From NCBI GenBank assembly GCA_027604505.1, contig JADIIX010000075.1, forward strand, positions 1 to 64,000: a stretch of DNA of 64,000 nt, given 5' to 3'. Below, piece after piece: positions 11,813 through 26,010 of the stretch. The translations under genes and the position numbers were made by a program. The first letter of the stretch is position 1. Each line of letters opens with the position of its first letter. The DNA comes from Gonapodya sp. JEL0774. Taxonomy: Eukaryota. The notes beneath the pieces are model-generated. The model made no database searches. It saw only the letters and a program-made list of their open reading frames with translations, and was not told the DNA's origin.

Positions 11813-14800
11813 ATGGAGGAAATGAGGATTCAGTCGGGAGGAGGCGCTTCAGCATCACAGACAACTGTGGAGGCGCAGAATACAGATTCAGATATTCGGG
11901 TTAAAGCTGGGGAGGGAGTGATTCTCAGGATCTTCAAGCGAAATGCGAGAATTACAGTTCCGAAGGTTACCGTTGAGGGAACGACAATCACGGGCTGCGC
12001 AGCGTTGGTGGAACGGGTGATCGTATGTGACAACGAGTTCGAATTAGCAGAGAGCGTCGACGTATTCACAGCGAGCAATAACAGAGAGTGCAGGCAAGAG
12101 CGCTTTGCAGAAAACACTGGCGACCGTCAGGTTGCGGGGAGCTCAGAACAGGATATGGATTGTGAAGCAATCCAGACTCTCTGCACACAGTGGGAAACTC
12201 GCTGTGGCGAGCTGGAGAATTCGCAATGCTTGTTACCTCTCTCTCCCCTTCCCCCTCTTCCTCCTTTGCCCGTATCCTCTCCAACATCCTTTCCAACTTC
12301 GCCCTCACAAAAACTCCCACTACTTTCCAATGCCCCCTCTTCCTCCGCCATGTCGATCACCCCACACTGCTCTCTCCCGGTGACTCCGCCCATCGCAAAA
12401 CGCCGACGAACCACCCTCACTGTCCGCCTTGATGGCGCTCTCCACGTTGCCCGATCCCAACTCTCACCAAAACACAGTACCGCTGACCACCATCAAACCC
12501 ATTCCTCCCCTTCTTCCACTTATCGGCTTCCGTCTGTTTCTGCGTTTATTGCTGCTGCTCCTGCTCTCGTTCCTCCCTCTGACCCCTACCGCACTCGGCA
12601 CACGATGCCGCCTCTCGCACCCCCGCCTGCGGACTTCGAAGACACCCTCCTATCTTCACCCATAATTAGTACCATGTGCATTCAACGCCTCGCTGATCGA
12701 ATAGATGACAACTGTTCATGGGCTGAACCCGAGACACGGTTGTGCGGATCAAGCGACACTCCAGGCACCACCCCGCAATCCTCCCCTCTGATTCGATTTG
12801 ACCATGGGTTGTTGCTGCTCTCTCTTACATCAGCTAGGAGCCTAGATGCTGAACACTCGGAGCTTGGGGTGCGTACGAGTCACATGGATCTAGATGTGGC
12901 ACCACATGAGCTTGCTCTGTCACTGGCAGAACGGTCTGCACAGGTTCTGCACCAGGGACAACTGCCGGTGCAAGCAGATGTGCCGTATATCCCTCACAGA
13001 GTCTATCCGGAATCACTGTCTGTAATATCGGCCGCAAACAGTTGCGCAACGTCCGCTGTAGCCACCTCAAAATCACGCGGAAGGGGACGAGGGAGAGGTC
13101 GCGGTAGAGGTCAGATAACTCATCACACTCTGCCAATGACGCCATCCGCACTCGGTGCAGCGACGATACCCACCGTTACTGCTCCTTCAAATGCGATATC
13201 ATCCGCAGCTACTGTTGTTTCCTCGGCTCCGGACCTCCCTTTTCCGAGGAAAGGCGATTTGTTTGGCGCTGGAATGGCTGGGACTCCGTGTGTTGAGAAT
13301 AGGAGTGGCCGAGAATTGATTCGAGCGCAACAACTGCCGCAACTACAGCAACAGCAACCACAACATCAGCAGACATCACTCTCCACCCCGAATCAAGTTC
13401 AGACAAGTCTTTCGTCAGTTCCAACACAATCAGAGGTTTCAACACTCCTCCTAACCCCTACGCAACCGCCACCCACAGTCCTGGTCGCGGTCTCTCTTTC
13501 CGGAGGAGTTTGGTCAGCCACCGGTGTCTGGGCGGGACCAAGTTTCGGCTCAACTGCGGGAGTGGCGGTGGGTGAATTTTGCGGGCCGGCACGATTGGCC
13601 TGGCCCACAACTAGCGGAATCACTGGTGCGGGTGCGGGTGTGGGGGCACTCGGGCAAACAGCTAGTTCGATGGCGGTAATGCCGGGACTGGCAAGTGTGA
13701 CTAGTATGGGCAGCGTGGGGAGTGATGTGGATGTTTTGGAAGCCAGTGTTTCCGCTGAGCCCGCTCCCGCGTCTGAATCTAAAGCCCTTGGATCTCAAGA
13801 CGCACCAAGTGAAGTTGAAGTGGGCAGAGATGATATACGCCCGGCTGCATCAGAGACTCTCTTGAAACCACTCGATACAGATTTCATTACCACTGCTGCA
13901 CACGACATTTGTGCTCCTCTCTCGTTTACCCATTCACCATCTCGGTCTCCGTCGCCGTACTCCCCCCTGCCTCCATTCCCATCACCGGCATCTGCGATGT
14001 CCCGGTCTCTTTCGCCTGTTGCAGATCCAATTCAAATGGAGGGACTGGGTGCGCAGAATTCAGTAGACTTGGACCTCGCTGCGTCAGGGGGGGACACAGA
14101 GTCACCCGCAAGACTTGCGTGGTCTCTGAGCGTGAACAAATTGAGCGGAGATGTGACTACTGGTGAAGCCGAGGCGGTCACCAGAGTGGAATTTTCGGAC
14201 ACTGTTGTGAATGCCCAAAGCGATCAAGGTTTGGAGGCCGCTATCCAGGTGGAAAGACAATTAGAGCGTGACTTTGAACCATACAGGATAGTATTGGAGG
14301 TTTGTGAGACTCCGATTGGGGGTGGACGTTCAAAGGCGGAGTCAGTCGCTGCTTCAATTCCATGTTCGGTGGTGGACTCCGTGAATTGTTCGGTGGCAGC
14401 TTCGGTGCTGGGCTCACGGAGAGAGAGCGCCCTGGTAGAATTGATGACGAATATCGAAGGAGAGCATAATACGAAAAAGGCGCCTTCGGTGGTAGTGGCC
14501 TTGGAGATGGAACCAGAGTCTGCTACGGAGAGAGAGCCCTTAGGAGTCACACAGAAGGGAACGGAAGGTGGATGTGATGGAAAGGGTTTCATGAGTGGAC
14601 ACAGATCGCAGTCCGATGTCGAATGGGAGGAACCAGCTGCGGAGATAATGGTTGCCGGCCCACGTGCCGCGTCACCCGAATTGTGGTCCATTGTCGCTTT
14701 ATCATCAGATGAGCGACCTGCGCTCCACGCTGAGCCGGTGCTCGCGATGGACATGGTGGCAAGGACCGCAATGTGTCTCAAGAGTGATGGGGATGTGGCG

Positions 14801-17781
14801 TCACAATCCCGGCCGTTTCCATCACCATCAACGGATTCGGATCCGGTGTTAGAGGTGGATTGCGACTTGGCTGCTCGAGAGCATCGTGCCGAACGGAATG
14901 ATGCGACGTCACAGGCATCTCTGTTGCCATCACCATGCCTACTTCAGTCGCCTCCATTAATGGCATCCCCTTCACCTGAAATCGACATGGATATGATTAT
15001 GACCATGCTTTTGGACTCGGACGTGGGCGAGAAGCTGGATGTAGAACTCGGGGAAAGTAATAGGATCGTTAACGTAACAGATGCACCTCCGTCGCCAGTC
15101 CGCCCCCATTGTGGCTCTCCTGCTGCGCGAACCAACGTCATACCTACCATCAACGCGACATCTTCTCGAACGGTATCCCCCGAAATAGCAGTGCCCATCG
15201 AAGATCGTCCGATTATACCGCGAGTTCGATCTCCTTCGGCTGTCTCAGCCTGCACCTCATCGCCACCATCTTCGATGCGTACTAGAGCTCGTGCAATACG
15301 AGATAAGCTATTGGCCGCACCTACGCCTGTACCCTCGCAAAGTTCGCACGCGGGACCTCTGTTTGTAGAATTCTCAGCTGCCGTAGTGTCCCGGGGACGT
15401 CGTGGTCGTGTTGGCGGCCGGCGTTGTCGGGGTAGGGGAGCAGGACGAGGTCGTGAAGTGGTTTCACGGACATCTCATAATGGGAGGGTACTGGATAATG
15501 CGGTGGAGATGGGGAACGAACAGGTGGCACCCTCAGGGCCGGTTTCCGAACTCGGTGGTTTCGGAGAGGCGGCGGTCGCGGATGTAGTTCCGGTGGTGCA
15601 GGTATCCCTTCCAGAGGATGTGGAAGGTGCTGTCGAACTACGTTCACGAGGAGGTGCACCCTCGCAGAAAGAAACGCCAGTGCACTCCTTTGTCCCTACA
15701 ACCAAGGTCTCTCGTCCCACTCGGACAATATCTAGTGTGCGTTCTTTCTTAAATAACGGGGACGAGGACGACCCTTCGCGAGACAGTTATGGAAGCGGAG
15801 AAGATAGGATAGCGGGTGTTGGCCTTCGTAAGAGTGTTGAGACACGGGATGTTCGATGGACGCCACCAGCCGACAGCCCGCCAATCGCTCCACGCTCCAT
15901 GATCGGTGGGGCAAGGGCAACTTCCGCTGCGATGGCAAGGTTGCATAGAGTTTCAGGCAATGGTCGAGGCAGCGCAAGAAGGCATCCGAATCTGAAAGTT
16001 CTACCTCGCAAAGAAACTGTGGTGCAGGAGGATGTCCGTCCGACCTCGCCACTCCACACTGCTACCGCGTCTCCCATACTAGAGGCCCATCAGCCGATCA
16101 TCGTCGAATCTACGCCTAAAAGCATAAATGTCGTTGATTTGACACTGTCTTTTCCGGCTCGACCCATTGATTTGTCCACGCCATCGCCCAAGCGATCTGT
16201 TCCCATGAGAGTCGAAACACTGAACGCCATAACTTTTCCTTCGTCTGCAACGTATACTTCCACCGCATCCCCCCGAATGTCCTTATCTCGATCACAATCC
16301 CGCTCTCCTCGAGCTTCTACGGAATCAAAAGAAACTGGAGATCCGCGGGATGAGAAATGGACGAAAGAAGATAGAGCACGGTGGATAGCTGAGCACGCGG
16401 GCTGCCCGAGGGTTATCGGAGGAGTCCGTATTGAGGTTTGTCTCGACTTACTGTGTGAAATCTGATATGGTGGACAGCTCTGACTAAGTTTAACTTTATG
16501 TCATTTCAGAGGACACCGGTTGGGCCTGTCAACAATCCTTTCGTGATTAGACCGACGACAATTGTGCGAGAAAGCATTGTTATCGACTCTTCCGAAGATG
16601 AAGATGATTATGGCCTTTCCGGCTACAAGATTTCAGACATAACGCACGCGAAACCTATGCGTGGCTTCCAGTCACGTGTGCCCGAGCCGTTCCAATCTGT
16701 CACACCTCCACGACCGATCGATCCATTCCAAACTTACCACTCTAGTCGGAGCTCTGCGATAGGGCTCCGGGTGACTGCACCCGTGCCCCGTGTAGATACG
16801 AGACCTAATGGAACAGCATTCTCATGCGCGCGGGGGAGTGAACCACAATTTTCGGAGTCAGCCTTCTCCCCAACTCGCTCCGTGATTTCTTCATCACTGT
16901 TCTCCTCGGTTCCCACTAACCCTCCTGTTGTTGGCTTGTACGGTCCGGCTCACACTCGGGTTAATCCGGTACCTGCCATGCTGGCACCTGACGACAGTCG
17001 TTACCCTCGCAACTCTAAAGCTTCCTCATACTCAACAACAGAATCTCCAACGCGGCCTCGTCCACCATTCAACCCTGTTTCTTCTTTTTCTTCTTTGCTT
17101 GCGCAGGGACCAGATCTCTTCCAGTGTACATCTGTTCCCCCAAGACTGTCACACATCACCAACTTCCCAATGCTGAATCCTGCGACGAGCTCAACCGCCT
17201 TCCGGTCAACCGCCTTCCGGGTGCCTGTGGCGCAAACTCAACCCTCGTCGAATACCTTACATCCTGAGAACTCAGATCTAATTGCTGAGCGTTTACTCCA
17301 AGATCGGCGAGAAGAGTACCAACTGGCGTATGACCAATGCAAGTGGAGACCAGCAACGAGAAGGCAAGCGGGCCATGTGAGGGCGTGCTACTTGATCGGT
17401 GCAACAGGTGGTGGCCATCTCGGAAATGGTGGACCGTTCGGAGGTGGGGGCTTTAGAGGGTTTGGTACTGCAAAGGTAATCAGGGAAAAGTGGAACCCGA
17501 CGGTGAGTGGGGAGGTGTTGGATAGTCTTGATTTGATGCTGATCGGGGTATCTACATTTTGTTTGGCGATTGCAGAGACCGTGGCCCGTCGTCCCGCCAA
17601 AAGCGAGTGCTTTCTGATTCTTGACATTAAAGTTATTGCTAGCTTGATATATCTTTTGCTCCGTTATTATGGTATGTACGTACAATCTGACTGGATTTCG
17701 CCCTTCTGCAAATCCAAACCAAGGCTGGCACACTCGCAACCGACACATAGAGTCCCATTCACACACAGTACGAGTGAGTGA
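11813..17781 (+). CDS. Very large (~1900 aa) Ser/Pro-rich, probably disordered protein with RG-repeat tracts; ends uncertain
   Basis: The 1550-codon ORF 11813-16465 can be spliced in frame (gtttgt ~16436 to tttcag ~16509) to ORF 16498-17781. It contains 'SRGRGRGRGRGRG', 'RGRRGRVGGRRCRGRGAGRGR' and a polyQ tract. No recognisable globular domain. Confidence 0.65.
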
Positions 17782-18045
17782 TTCACTACGGAAGCCACTG
17801 TCGCCAAATGGAAGGACGCCCACGGCAACATACCCACCACAAAGCGGACACAACATTCACCCACCACAAAGCACCAACCCGGACATACCAACAGATCACT
17901 GCAATTATAATAATAATAATACTAATAATAACTCCAAGACGCCCAAAAGTGCCTGCGTTTGCGTTGCCACGGTTAAATTTATGGTTCGGCAACCCCACAA
18001 GCCGACAGTGAATTGCGATTTCACTTTGACTCTCCTTGATTCACG

Positions 18046-19861
18046 ATGGCGATGCAAATTCAACCAAATCTTCCAAAAACTTACAAGAAACTTGTTTTGC
18101 ACAAGTTATCGAACGATTTCCGGGGGTCCACACGGGTCGAAACGGGGCAGATATCGGAGCTGATTGACCTCGTCAAAGGTAAGACGCTTTCTTTTCTTCG
18201 TGTGATTGATTTAGTAACGATTCACTCGTATATTTTTTTTGCTATACCGTCGTTTCTCCTGATCACAAAATACATTCTGATTCCGAAATGATGGAAATAT
18301 CGTTTTGTGAAACTCAATCCCAGCCAACCCGTCGTGGATTATTCTCCGGAACTTGTACGCAGGCGTGAATGCAAGTGATGTCGGATACTCGAATGGAGCC
18401 TACAAGTGAGTTCCGAGTCCATTGTTCCGCTTTTACGTCCATTTATGTCAAGTCACTATCCTTGTTTTAGCCCCGGCAGGAAGCCACCTTACGAGTGCGG
18501 TTTGGAAGGAATTGGTGAGGTGGTTGCATTAGGCTCTCAGGTTACCACGCTTGGGCTCGGGGATGTGATTGCTGCAACCGTAAGTGGTGCTGGAGATGAG
18601 AATTGCAGTGGGGATCGTGCTTACATGTGCAAAACACTCAAGGGAAATACTGGTGGATGGTACTCGGAGTACAGAGTCCTGTGCGTGAGATCTACAGTTC
18701 GAAAGTTCGGCTCAAGAAATCTCATCTCTGTGATATTAGACCCGCTCGTATCGCCCAAAAGATTCCCGGGAACGCAAAAGATCCCCGGTACCTTGCATTG
18801 CGCATCTCGGGGTTAACCTCCAGCTTTGCGCTCGAGAAAACTTGCCGCATGAAGATTCTAGCGAACAGCCCGTTGGCAAAGTATGTGCACAAGTCGCTTG
18901 TTGCAAGTCCCGAGGACAATAAACCCTTGAATGTATTGGTTACTGCCGCGGCAGGTGGTGCTGGTGAGCATATTTGGATGTCTTTGAGCACCCTACGGAA
19001 TGAGAACTTACGCAGGTCGTTCTTCCAGGCATTTTCGCATGTCAAATAGCAAAACTCGCCGGCCATCGTGTGGCTGGAACTATTTCTTCGCAGGAAAAAG
19101 CAGATGTACTCAAGTCGATGGGTGTAGACGTTGCCATCAATTATAAAACCGAAAACGTCCGTGCTGTACTCAAAAAGGAGTTCCCCAAAGGGTTGGATAT
19201 TGTGTAAGTGCTCGCGTGTGAACATTCTTGTTGCTTCCATTTCCCTTATTTTGTTTGTCTCAAGGTACGAATCGGTTGGAGGTGATCTCTTGAAGTTAGT
19301 GTTGCGTTCCCTCCTGGCTTCGCAGAATGGTGGATCACATCAGTTTCACACCTCAGAGCTTGCCTCGAAAACTTGGCCATCGGCGGCAACTTGGTTGTGA
19401 TAGGAAGTATCACGGATTATCTGGCGACGGAGCAGAAAGATGGGCAAGGTCGTGCAGACGATTTCGGGCTCGTTAAACCCTCGTACTTGAGGGCCAAATC
19501 AGCCTCGGTGGGATATTTCTACCTCCCTCACTTTACTTCCGAGGTAACTCTATTGAGAACGGAGTGAACTCTCCGCGTTTGGTGGCTTGAAGATTCGTGA
19601 CTCCGTAATGCTTGAAATCTAGTACCGCATTCACCTCGACCGCCTCACGAAACTCATGAACGATGGACTTTTAAAAGTACCAGTAGACAACAATGGCCTC
19701 CAGGGAGTGGACAAAGTACAGGATGCTGTCGAGTACTTGCACGTAAGTTCACGGTCACGGTTTGTGGGTCCGCGGTGCTCTCATAGTTTTCATGTTTGCC
19801 TTTCACGCATCAGCATGGCAAATCGATCGGAAAAGTCTTCGTTCCCATTGCAAAACTCTAA
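18046..19861 (+). CDS. MDR-superfamily NADP-dependent oxidoreductase (ZADH2/PTGR3-like), PTS1 AKL
   Basis: 'LPKTYKKLVLHKLSNDFR', 'YAGVNASD', 'GLEGIGEVVALG', 'ISGLTSSFALE', 'VLVTAAAGGAG', 'FPKGLDIVYESVGG'; ends 'HGKSIGKVFVPIAKL*' (TAA 19859-19861). Confidence 0.9.
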
Positions 19862-20024
19862 ACATATTAGTATGGACATTTGTAGTTCCACGCAAACCCT
19901 GAATGAGACGAGGATGACCACAATATCACATTGAAGGGTGGAACAGTAGAGGTTCTGGAATTCTGACATGTAAAAGCCCGAATGCCATTACAATAACACA
20001 TTCGAACCCCGCAAGCATAATATA

Positions 20025-22677
20025 TCATGCATCTAAATTGCCCAGATCAGTCTCCCTCACCCACAGTTTGAATGTCCTGTCAAATCCGACTGTGCCAACA
20101 AAACGACCATCTGCGTACGCAATACGTTAATATCAGTGCCACGTTTCTCGTACAGCATTTGAACAATATCAAGTACCCACCTCCACTTACGTCTCCGTCC
20201 ATTACCTTACCCTCGTGACCGTGCATTACTCTCAGGCATTTCCAATCCCCTGTCGTCCATAGCTTCACTGCTCCATCATAGCTCGTTGTTACCAAATATG
20301 ATCCGTCCAAAAGTTGACGTCGCCCTTGATCATCAGGAGCGAAAGTTGACGGGGGCGGAATAGTGAACACCGGCCCGGAACCATCTTCCATTTCTGTGTC
20401 ACCATTAACTGCACCATTTATCCCATTGACGCCATGAACTCCATTTGGTCCATCTACAATGTCCATACTATCTTTGTTGACACCATTTAACCCCTCGTTG
20501 AATCCCGAACTCAATTCCGTCGCCCGTCCCTTCCAAAATCTTACGGAACTGATTAAATTCTCATGTGCAGCGATTGTGTAGACACACTTTCTCGTCCGAA
20601 GGTCCCATATCCGAACTGTGTTATCCTCACCCCCGGTAGCGACTGTGTATCCGTCAGTATTGAAATCAAGAGAGAGGATCGGACGGACGTGTCCAGAAAG
20701 GTTGGTGATTGAACGACCTGACCGAACGTCCCAAATACGTGCATGGCAATCAAAGCCTCTGACAAGGAGATTTATTCGATGTAGAGGTCGCACGTGGATG
20801 GTGATTGAATTACCATCAGGGTTAGAGGCCACAAGATGGTGATTAAATTACCATAATATGCATCGACCGTGAGAGAGATACTCACGCTGTTCCCACTAAT
20901 GACCCATCACCTTGAAAGGCGATCGCATAAACTTCTTTGGCGTGGCCCTCTTGCTCCACCATCTCCTCCTGCCTCTCCACATCCCAGAGCCTCCAGGTCG
21001 TATCAAAGCCAGTACTGGCAAGCCATCGACCACAAGGATGGAACGCGACTCGAGCAACACGTCCGATGTGACCCTCAAGGGTGGCAATTGGTGTGGATTG
21101 GCGCAGGGAGTAGAGGAGGATCGTCGAGTCGGTGGAGCAGGACGCGAGGGACACAGTCTTCGGAGAGTGATGTGGAAGGGTCGCTTCCGGATGAAAAGCG
21201 ATACCAGAAACACGGTCCTTGTGCCCTGTACATATCGTGAAGCTTTGAAATCGCACAGCAGGATACAAGGTAACATGCGTCCCTCAACTCCATTATAACC
21301 CACCCTTCCATATCAGTACCTTCTCGGAGCCAGGCACGGTCCAGAGCTTTATCAATCCAGACCAGCCACCGGTTGCGAAGAAGCGCGATCCGGGTGCAAA
21401 CGCACAGACTGAGGCAGGCCTGTCATCTGCCACTTGAGAAGAGAAAATGGAGAACGTCTAGAAAGTGCAGCGAAGCATATCTTGGTCGAAACTCTCAAAG
21501 CAAAGAGAAAAGCAAGCATTTGGGGAGCCCACCTTTGTTTCAGTGTAAAACTCGTGTCGCACCTTTTTCCGTTGGGGAAACGGAATTTCGATTTCCGCTC
21601 GTTGCTCCGCTATGCGGGCACGCGCTCTGGAATAGCGTTGATTGGAGTGAGATTCGCATCAGCCAAGATTTCATTCAGATCAAGGAAGAAGCCCTTCCTG
21701 ATTCCACGGCAAGGCACAACTGCCTCAAGTGTTTCGAGTGCCCGAACCTCTGCCTCCACACATTCCGACGTGTGCGTGCACATGATTGGAAAAAACGTGA
21801 CAGCTCGACGAAATAATCCGAGCTCCAGTATGTTCTAGCGGAGCAACTCACCTCGGTAGCGAGTAAGCAGCGATAGCGGTTCTAGCTTCTAGTAGCTCTT
21901 CCGGTCCCGGTGTGTAGAACTCTTCCACAATTTGCTCGTCTTCCTCGTCTGATTCTACTTCGGCACTCGCAGCTCTTCCGGCACGCCCCGCATCCTCAGC
22001 TTGATCCTCCTGTACCGCCTTTCTCGCCATAATGTCCCTCAATCTCTCACGCCGATCTCCTGGATCCTCGGCGAACAGGCAGATGGGCTCCCCGAATTCT
22101 CGAAGTCGAGCTTTCACCCGATTGTCATCGGTAGGAACTGCCAGTGTCCGCGCACGCCTTTTTCGAGCAAGCTCCTGCATGATGGCTTGCTGATCAGCCA
22201 TAGCAAAGCGTTGGGAGTCGGACATGAGGACATTGGAAGAGATGTCCTCTGAAGAAGTGATTGGAAAGGGAAATGGGCAGGAAAGAGCAGGCGGTCACCA
22301 GCAGTATGAAAACTCACAGCCAGACGGAGTATGACGTCGTCCGATAGATTCCTCCGCTCCAATTTAAAATCATTTGGTGAACGTGTGGTCACTCGGGTGT
22401 TGCTTGCAGTTTTGGTTGCAGCGCGCTCGAGATTAACGTCGCCATGATAGCGCTCTGTTGCTCCCACGGTAACAACACATGACAGCACTGTCTCTCGCAA
22501 AAATGTTTCCATTTTGCAGCCTTCCTCTCGCGTGCACCCACCGAGATCTTCGAGCCCGAGTCCATCCTCCTCTTGAGCGACTTCAGCAGCGGTGACCGAG
22601 AAAAGACCACGAGCCCTCTCTCTCGCTCCTTTTTCGATGGTGTCAATCGACCCATAATGCAGACGTTGCTGAGCCAT
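20025..22677 (-). CDS. PRP4: U4/U6 snRNP WD40 protein Prp4
   Basis: SFM/PRP4 motif '[40 protein letters not shown]', 'SSQVADDRP', and WD40 repeats '[10 protein letters not shown]', '[19 protein letters not shown]', '[12 protein letters not shown]', 'GFDRTFKLW'. Confidence 0.95.
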
Positions 22678-22846
22678 CGTCGGGTGAGAAAGGGGAAAGC
22701 CACGGGTGACTGCTCTGTGGAATGCGATATAGTGCACTGACATTTTGCCGGGCATCCTGCGCTTCTTTCCGAAGCCTTTGCAACCGTGGAACCGTATAAT
22801 ACATAACATCTTGTACATGAATAAGAAATTGTTCAGACAAATACAT

Positions 22847-25800
22847 CTAGCTCTGTGTGCGACTACCAGGTGAGACAACTGAAGCAACGGGGTACCCCAT
22901 ATCGCTCAATCGACGGAGTGCAGAAAGGTCCCCACGTTTTGCGGCAGACTTCATTCCAGTGTGAGCATAACGACGCAAAGATCAGATTTGAAACCGAACG
23001 TACCCGGAACAGGAACATGGCCTTATCCTTATCAACAGGTGTTCCCCCGCCCCGCTCGTACATCTGGTAGCAAAAGAAGAAACGTGTTTGACGGGGACTG
23101 GTGTAATAAGACGGGGACGAGACACATACCCTTCCAAGGCGATACTCAGCCTCCACACAACCACCAGCGACCGCCTTTTTCAACAGCTTGAATGTTTGTT
23201 CGGGAGACTCCTTGACAAGCCAAGACCTGATTGGCCCTCTCGTTCAGAACTTCTCCTTGTTGAACTGGCGATTAACGTTCAGTTGCGTTTCACTCACACT
23301 CCGGTGGCGTAGTATCCAGCAAGAAGAAACTGGCCCTTGGCGTCACCCTTCTCAGCAGCAGTCCTGTAGTATGATGCTGCGCGGTTCACATCCTTCGGCC
23401 GACCGAGCTCTCCCAATTCGTACATTCTCCCGAGTCGAATAAGCGCTTTGGTACTTCCAAGATCTGCGGCTCGAATGTGATATGCTATAGCGCGGTCAAT
23501 GTCGACAGGCGTTGCGTACTGCCCCTTCTCAAAAATGACGCCAAGTGCATGCTGTTTGGTCATGTAGCATTTAACCGTTTTGTAATTTCATTAGCAATTG
23601 ATCTCAACGCATTCTAAGCAACTTACCAAAGCATCAGGATGTTCTCCTGGTGCCAATTCAAAAACTCGGAGAGCTTGCTCTGGGGAGCTGGCAAAGCCAT
23701 AGAGACCCTCTGACTTTATTCGTGCCAGATTATGCTATCAAATGCCACCAGTTGGAACTCGTCTCGATATCTCCATCACATCACACATACCATGGCATCC
23801 GCACTACCTTTCCTTGCAGCTCCCTCATACCGTTCAAGAGCCTTCGGAATATCTCGGATAACACCGAGCTGAGCTTTCTCTAAAATTTCGCCCATTCGAT
23901 TCTGAGCGATTCGGAGAGTCAGGCAGTGAAAGGAGGGCAGCAGCATCGTTTGGAATGTTTGGGTCTCGATGAGAAAGCTCGACCTTGCCTTTAACCGCGG
24001 AACAACGCTTACCATTGCAGCAACGTCTCCCCGCTCGGCGGACCTTGCATAATATTTCAGCGCCCGCTGTCCATCCACAAGAGCCGTGAGCTCACCATTT
24101 TCGAACACAACGGCTAGACGGTACTGTAATTCATCGCGGGACAATGATTAGTTTTGGTTCAAATACCTTCTCGAATCTGACCCGGGTCAACGCACCATCG
24201 CCTCAGGATCCAAGCGATCCGACGCTTTCCGGTAGAAGCGATACGCTTTCAAAGGATCTGAGACCACTCCATACAAGCCACGCTCGAAGATTTGTCCCAG
24301 GCGATACTACGGGTACAAAGTGAGTCCTCCGCCACTTGTACCGCGAAGGCAGCTTCAGATCTCACCCAAGCTTTGATGTATCCAGCCTCTCCCGCGGTCT
24401 CCAGCAAGGCCCCCAGATAGTCTCCATCCACGTCATCGTCATCCCGCCTCTCCAGTTCCTTCGCAATTTGCATACAAGACGAAGCCACTCCTGGACGAAG
24501 ACTTGTGCCCACCAATCGATATAGTGCCGGAAGGTAGCCTAGTTCAGCGGCCTGAGCATACAGGCGGGAAGCCAAGGCCGGTTGCGGGGTCGAATATCCC
24601 CGGCGGTGCTCAAAGCAGAGCCCAGCTTGGTAAGCCGATGGTGCGTGACCATTCTGTCAAATATTGAAGCATATAGAGGTTGATTCGGCGGTGCAATGCT
24701 CAGTCAGTTTTTCATTCCTTCTCGCGATCGATCACCCACTCGCGATGCCTGAATGAACAACTTAAGTGCCTCATCCCATTTACTATCCTTGCCAAATTCC
24801 AGTGCCAAAAAATACTGAGCTTCTACGTTTCCAGCAGTGGATAGTTGAGTGAGCTTTCAGACAAACTGGCTGTCAGTTGAAATCTTCTTCCACGACACAT
24901 CTTCAACCCAAAATCCCCCACCTCCAGCCAAGTTTCATCTAGCCGCTTCTCTTTTTCATTTTCACGTTCAGGTGGTAACTCATTGGCGTCGGTGATTGCT
25001 CGCTGGACTTTCGCAAGCTGAAACGGATTTCTGAACACAAAGAGGTTGTGTCAAACTCCCGCACTCAGACCCTACCTGTTCGTATGCTTGTGTTCGTACT
25101 AAGAGACCGAACGGTACAAGAGGGTTACCGGTGCCTGGGCCAGGTGGATACGTTGGCGAGAATGGTGAAGCGGGTATGGTTGACACAGGCGGCTCGATAG
25201 CAGGCGCTACTGGGGGATTACCCAGGGGTTGCCCCATAGCCGTAAGTCCCGGTGGTGTTTGCTGCAATGGTGTTATGTTCGAAGGCGAAAGAACGTGGAC
25301 CTGTCAATTGTGTTAATCTTCTCGGAAGAGGTGACACCCGAGCCCAGAGCGCTTCTTCGATGTCATTGCGTAAGCGCAACAGATAGGTATGCTCAGAGGA
25401 GAGAAATTGTGACGATTTCTGCTCCCACACCGGTATTCGATTGCGTCGTAAGAAGTGTTTAGGAGAGTAACATACCTGGGCTGAGGCGGGCAAGGCCTCG
25501 TCTGCCACTCGTCCTAAGGTTCCGGAAGTGTTGAATGTCGGTCGAAGCTCCAACGACGGGGGTGCAAACTCCGCGATAGCCGTTGCAGCGTCAGGTGGTG
25601 ATCCATCGTGATTCTAAACGCATATAACAGGCAAGTTAAGCTAGTTTGAACCTCGCATACCGACACTGACCAGCATCCAGCACGCAAATCAATCTTTTCT
25701 GGAGCATCTTTCGTGCTTAACTTACTGCCGCACGACCAGGCCGCCCACGCGGAACATCCCTCGCTCCTCCCACCATATTGTCCCCACCTCGTGCACCATG

Positions 25801-26010
25801 GCTCCCTGAAGACCCATACGATCCCGTCCAGTCACCACCGTCCTCTGATCCATTCGTGGTTGCCCTGTTGGTGATGGGGATTGGAGGATGATGCGGATGG
25901 CCGGAATCGAAAGATGTTGTTCGGGCTGCGGGTGTGATAAGCTTTCCACCTCTCCGTGGCGGATCAACATTGCGGGAGGAGGATCGAGGCCGCGATGGGC
26001 TACCGGACAT
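22847..26010 (-). CDS. Sel1-like (SLR) repeat protein with a low-complexity N-terminus (Chs4/Skt5-like architecture)
   Basis: Many SLR repeats across exons: 'LYAQAAELGYLPALYRL', 'YRLAVVFENG', 'ALKYYARSAERGDVAAM', 'ALIRLGRMYELGELG', 'AEYRLGR|MYERGGGTPVDKDKAMFLFR|SAAKRGD'. Stop TAG at 22847-22849. Confidence 0.85.

Noticed and set aside
17905..17931. (TAA)n microsatellite-like tract
   Set aside because: Short imperfect AT-rich intergenic repeat with no sign of function.
21629..21851. Two hairpins in a PRP4 intron as an H/ACA snoRNA
   Set aside because: The stems are present, but no properly placed H or ACA box was found, and 200-300 nt introns occur elsewhere in the window.
22114..22887. 257-aa minus-strand ORF as a separate gene
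   Set aside because: It is PRP4 exon 1 read through upstream and intron sequence.
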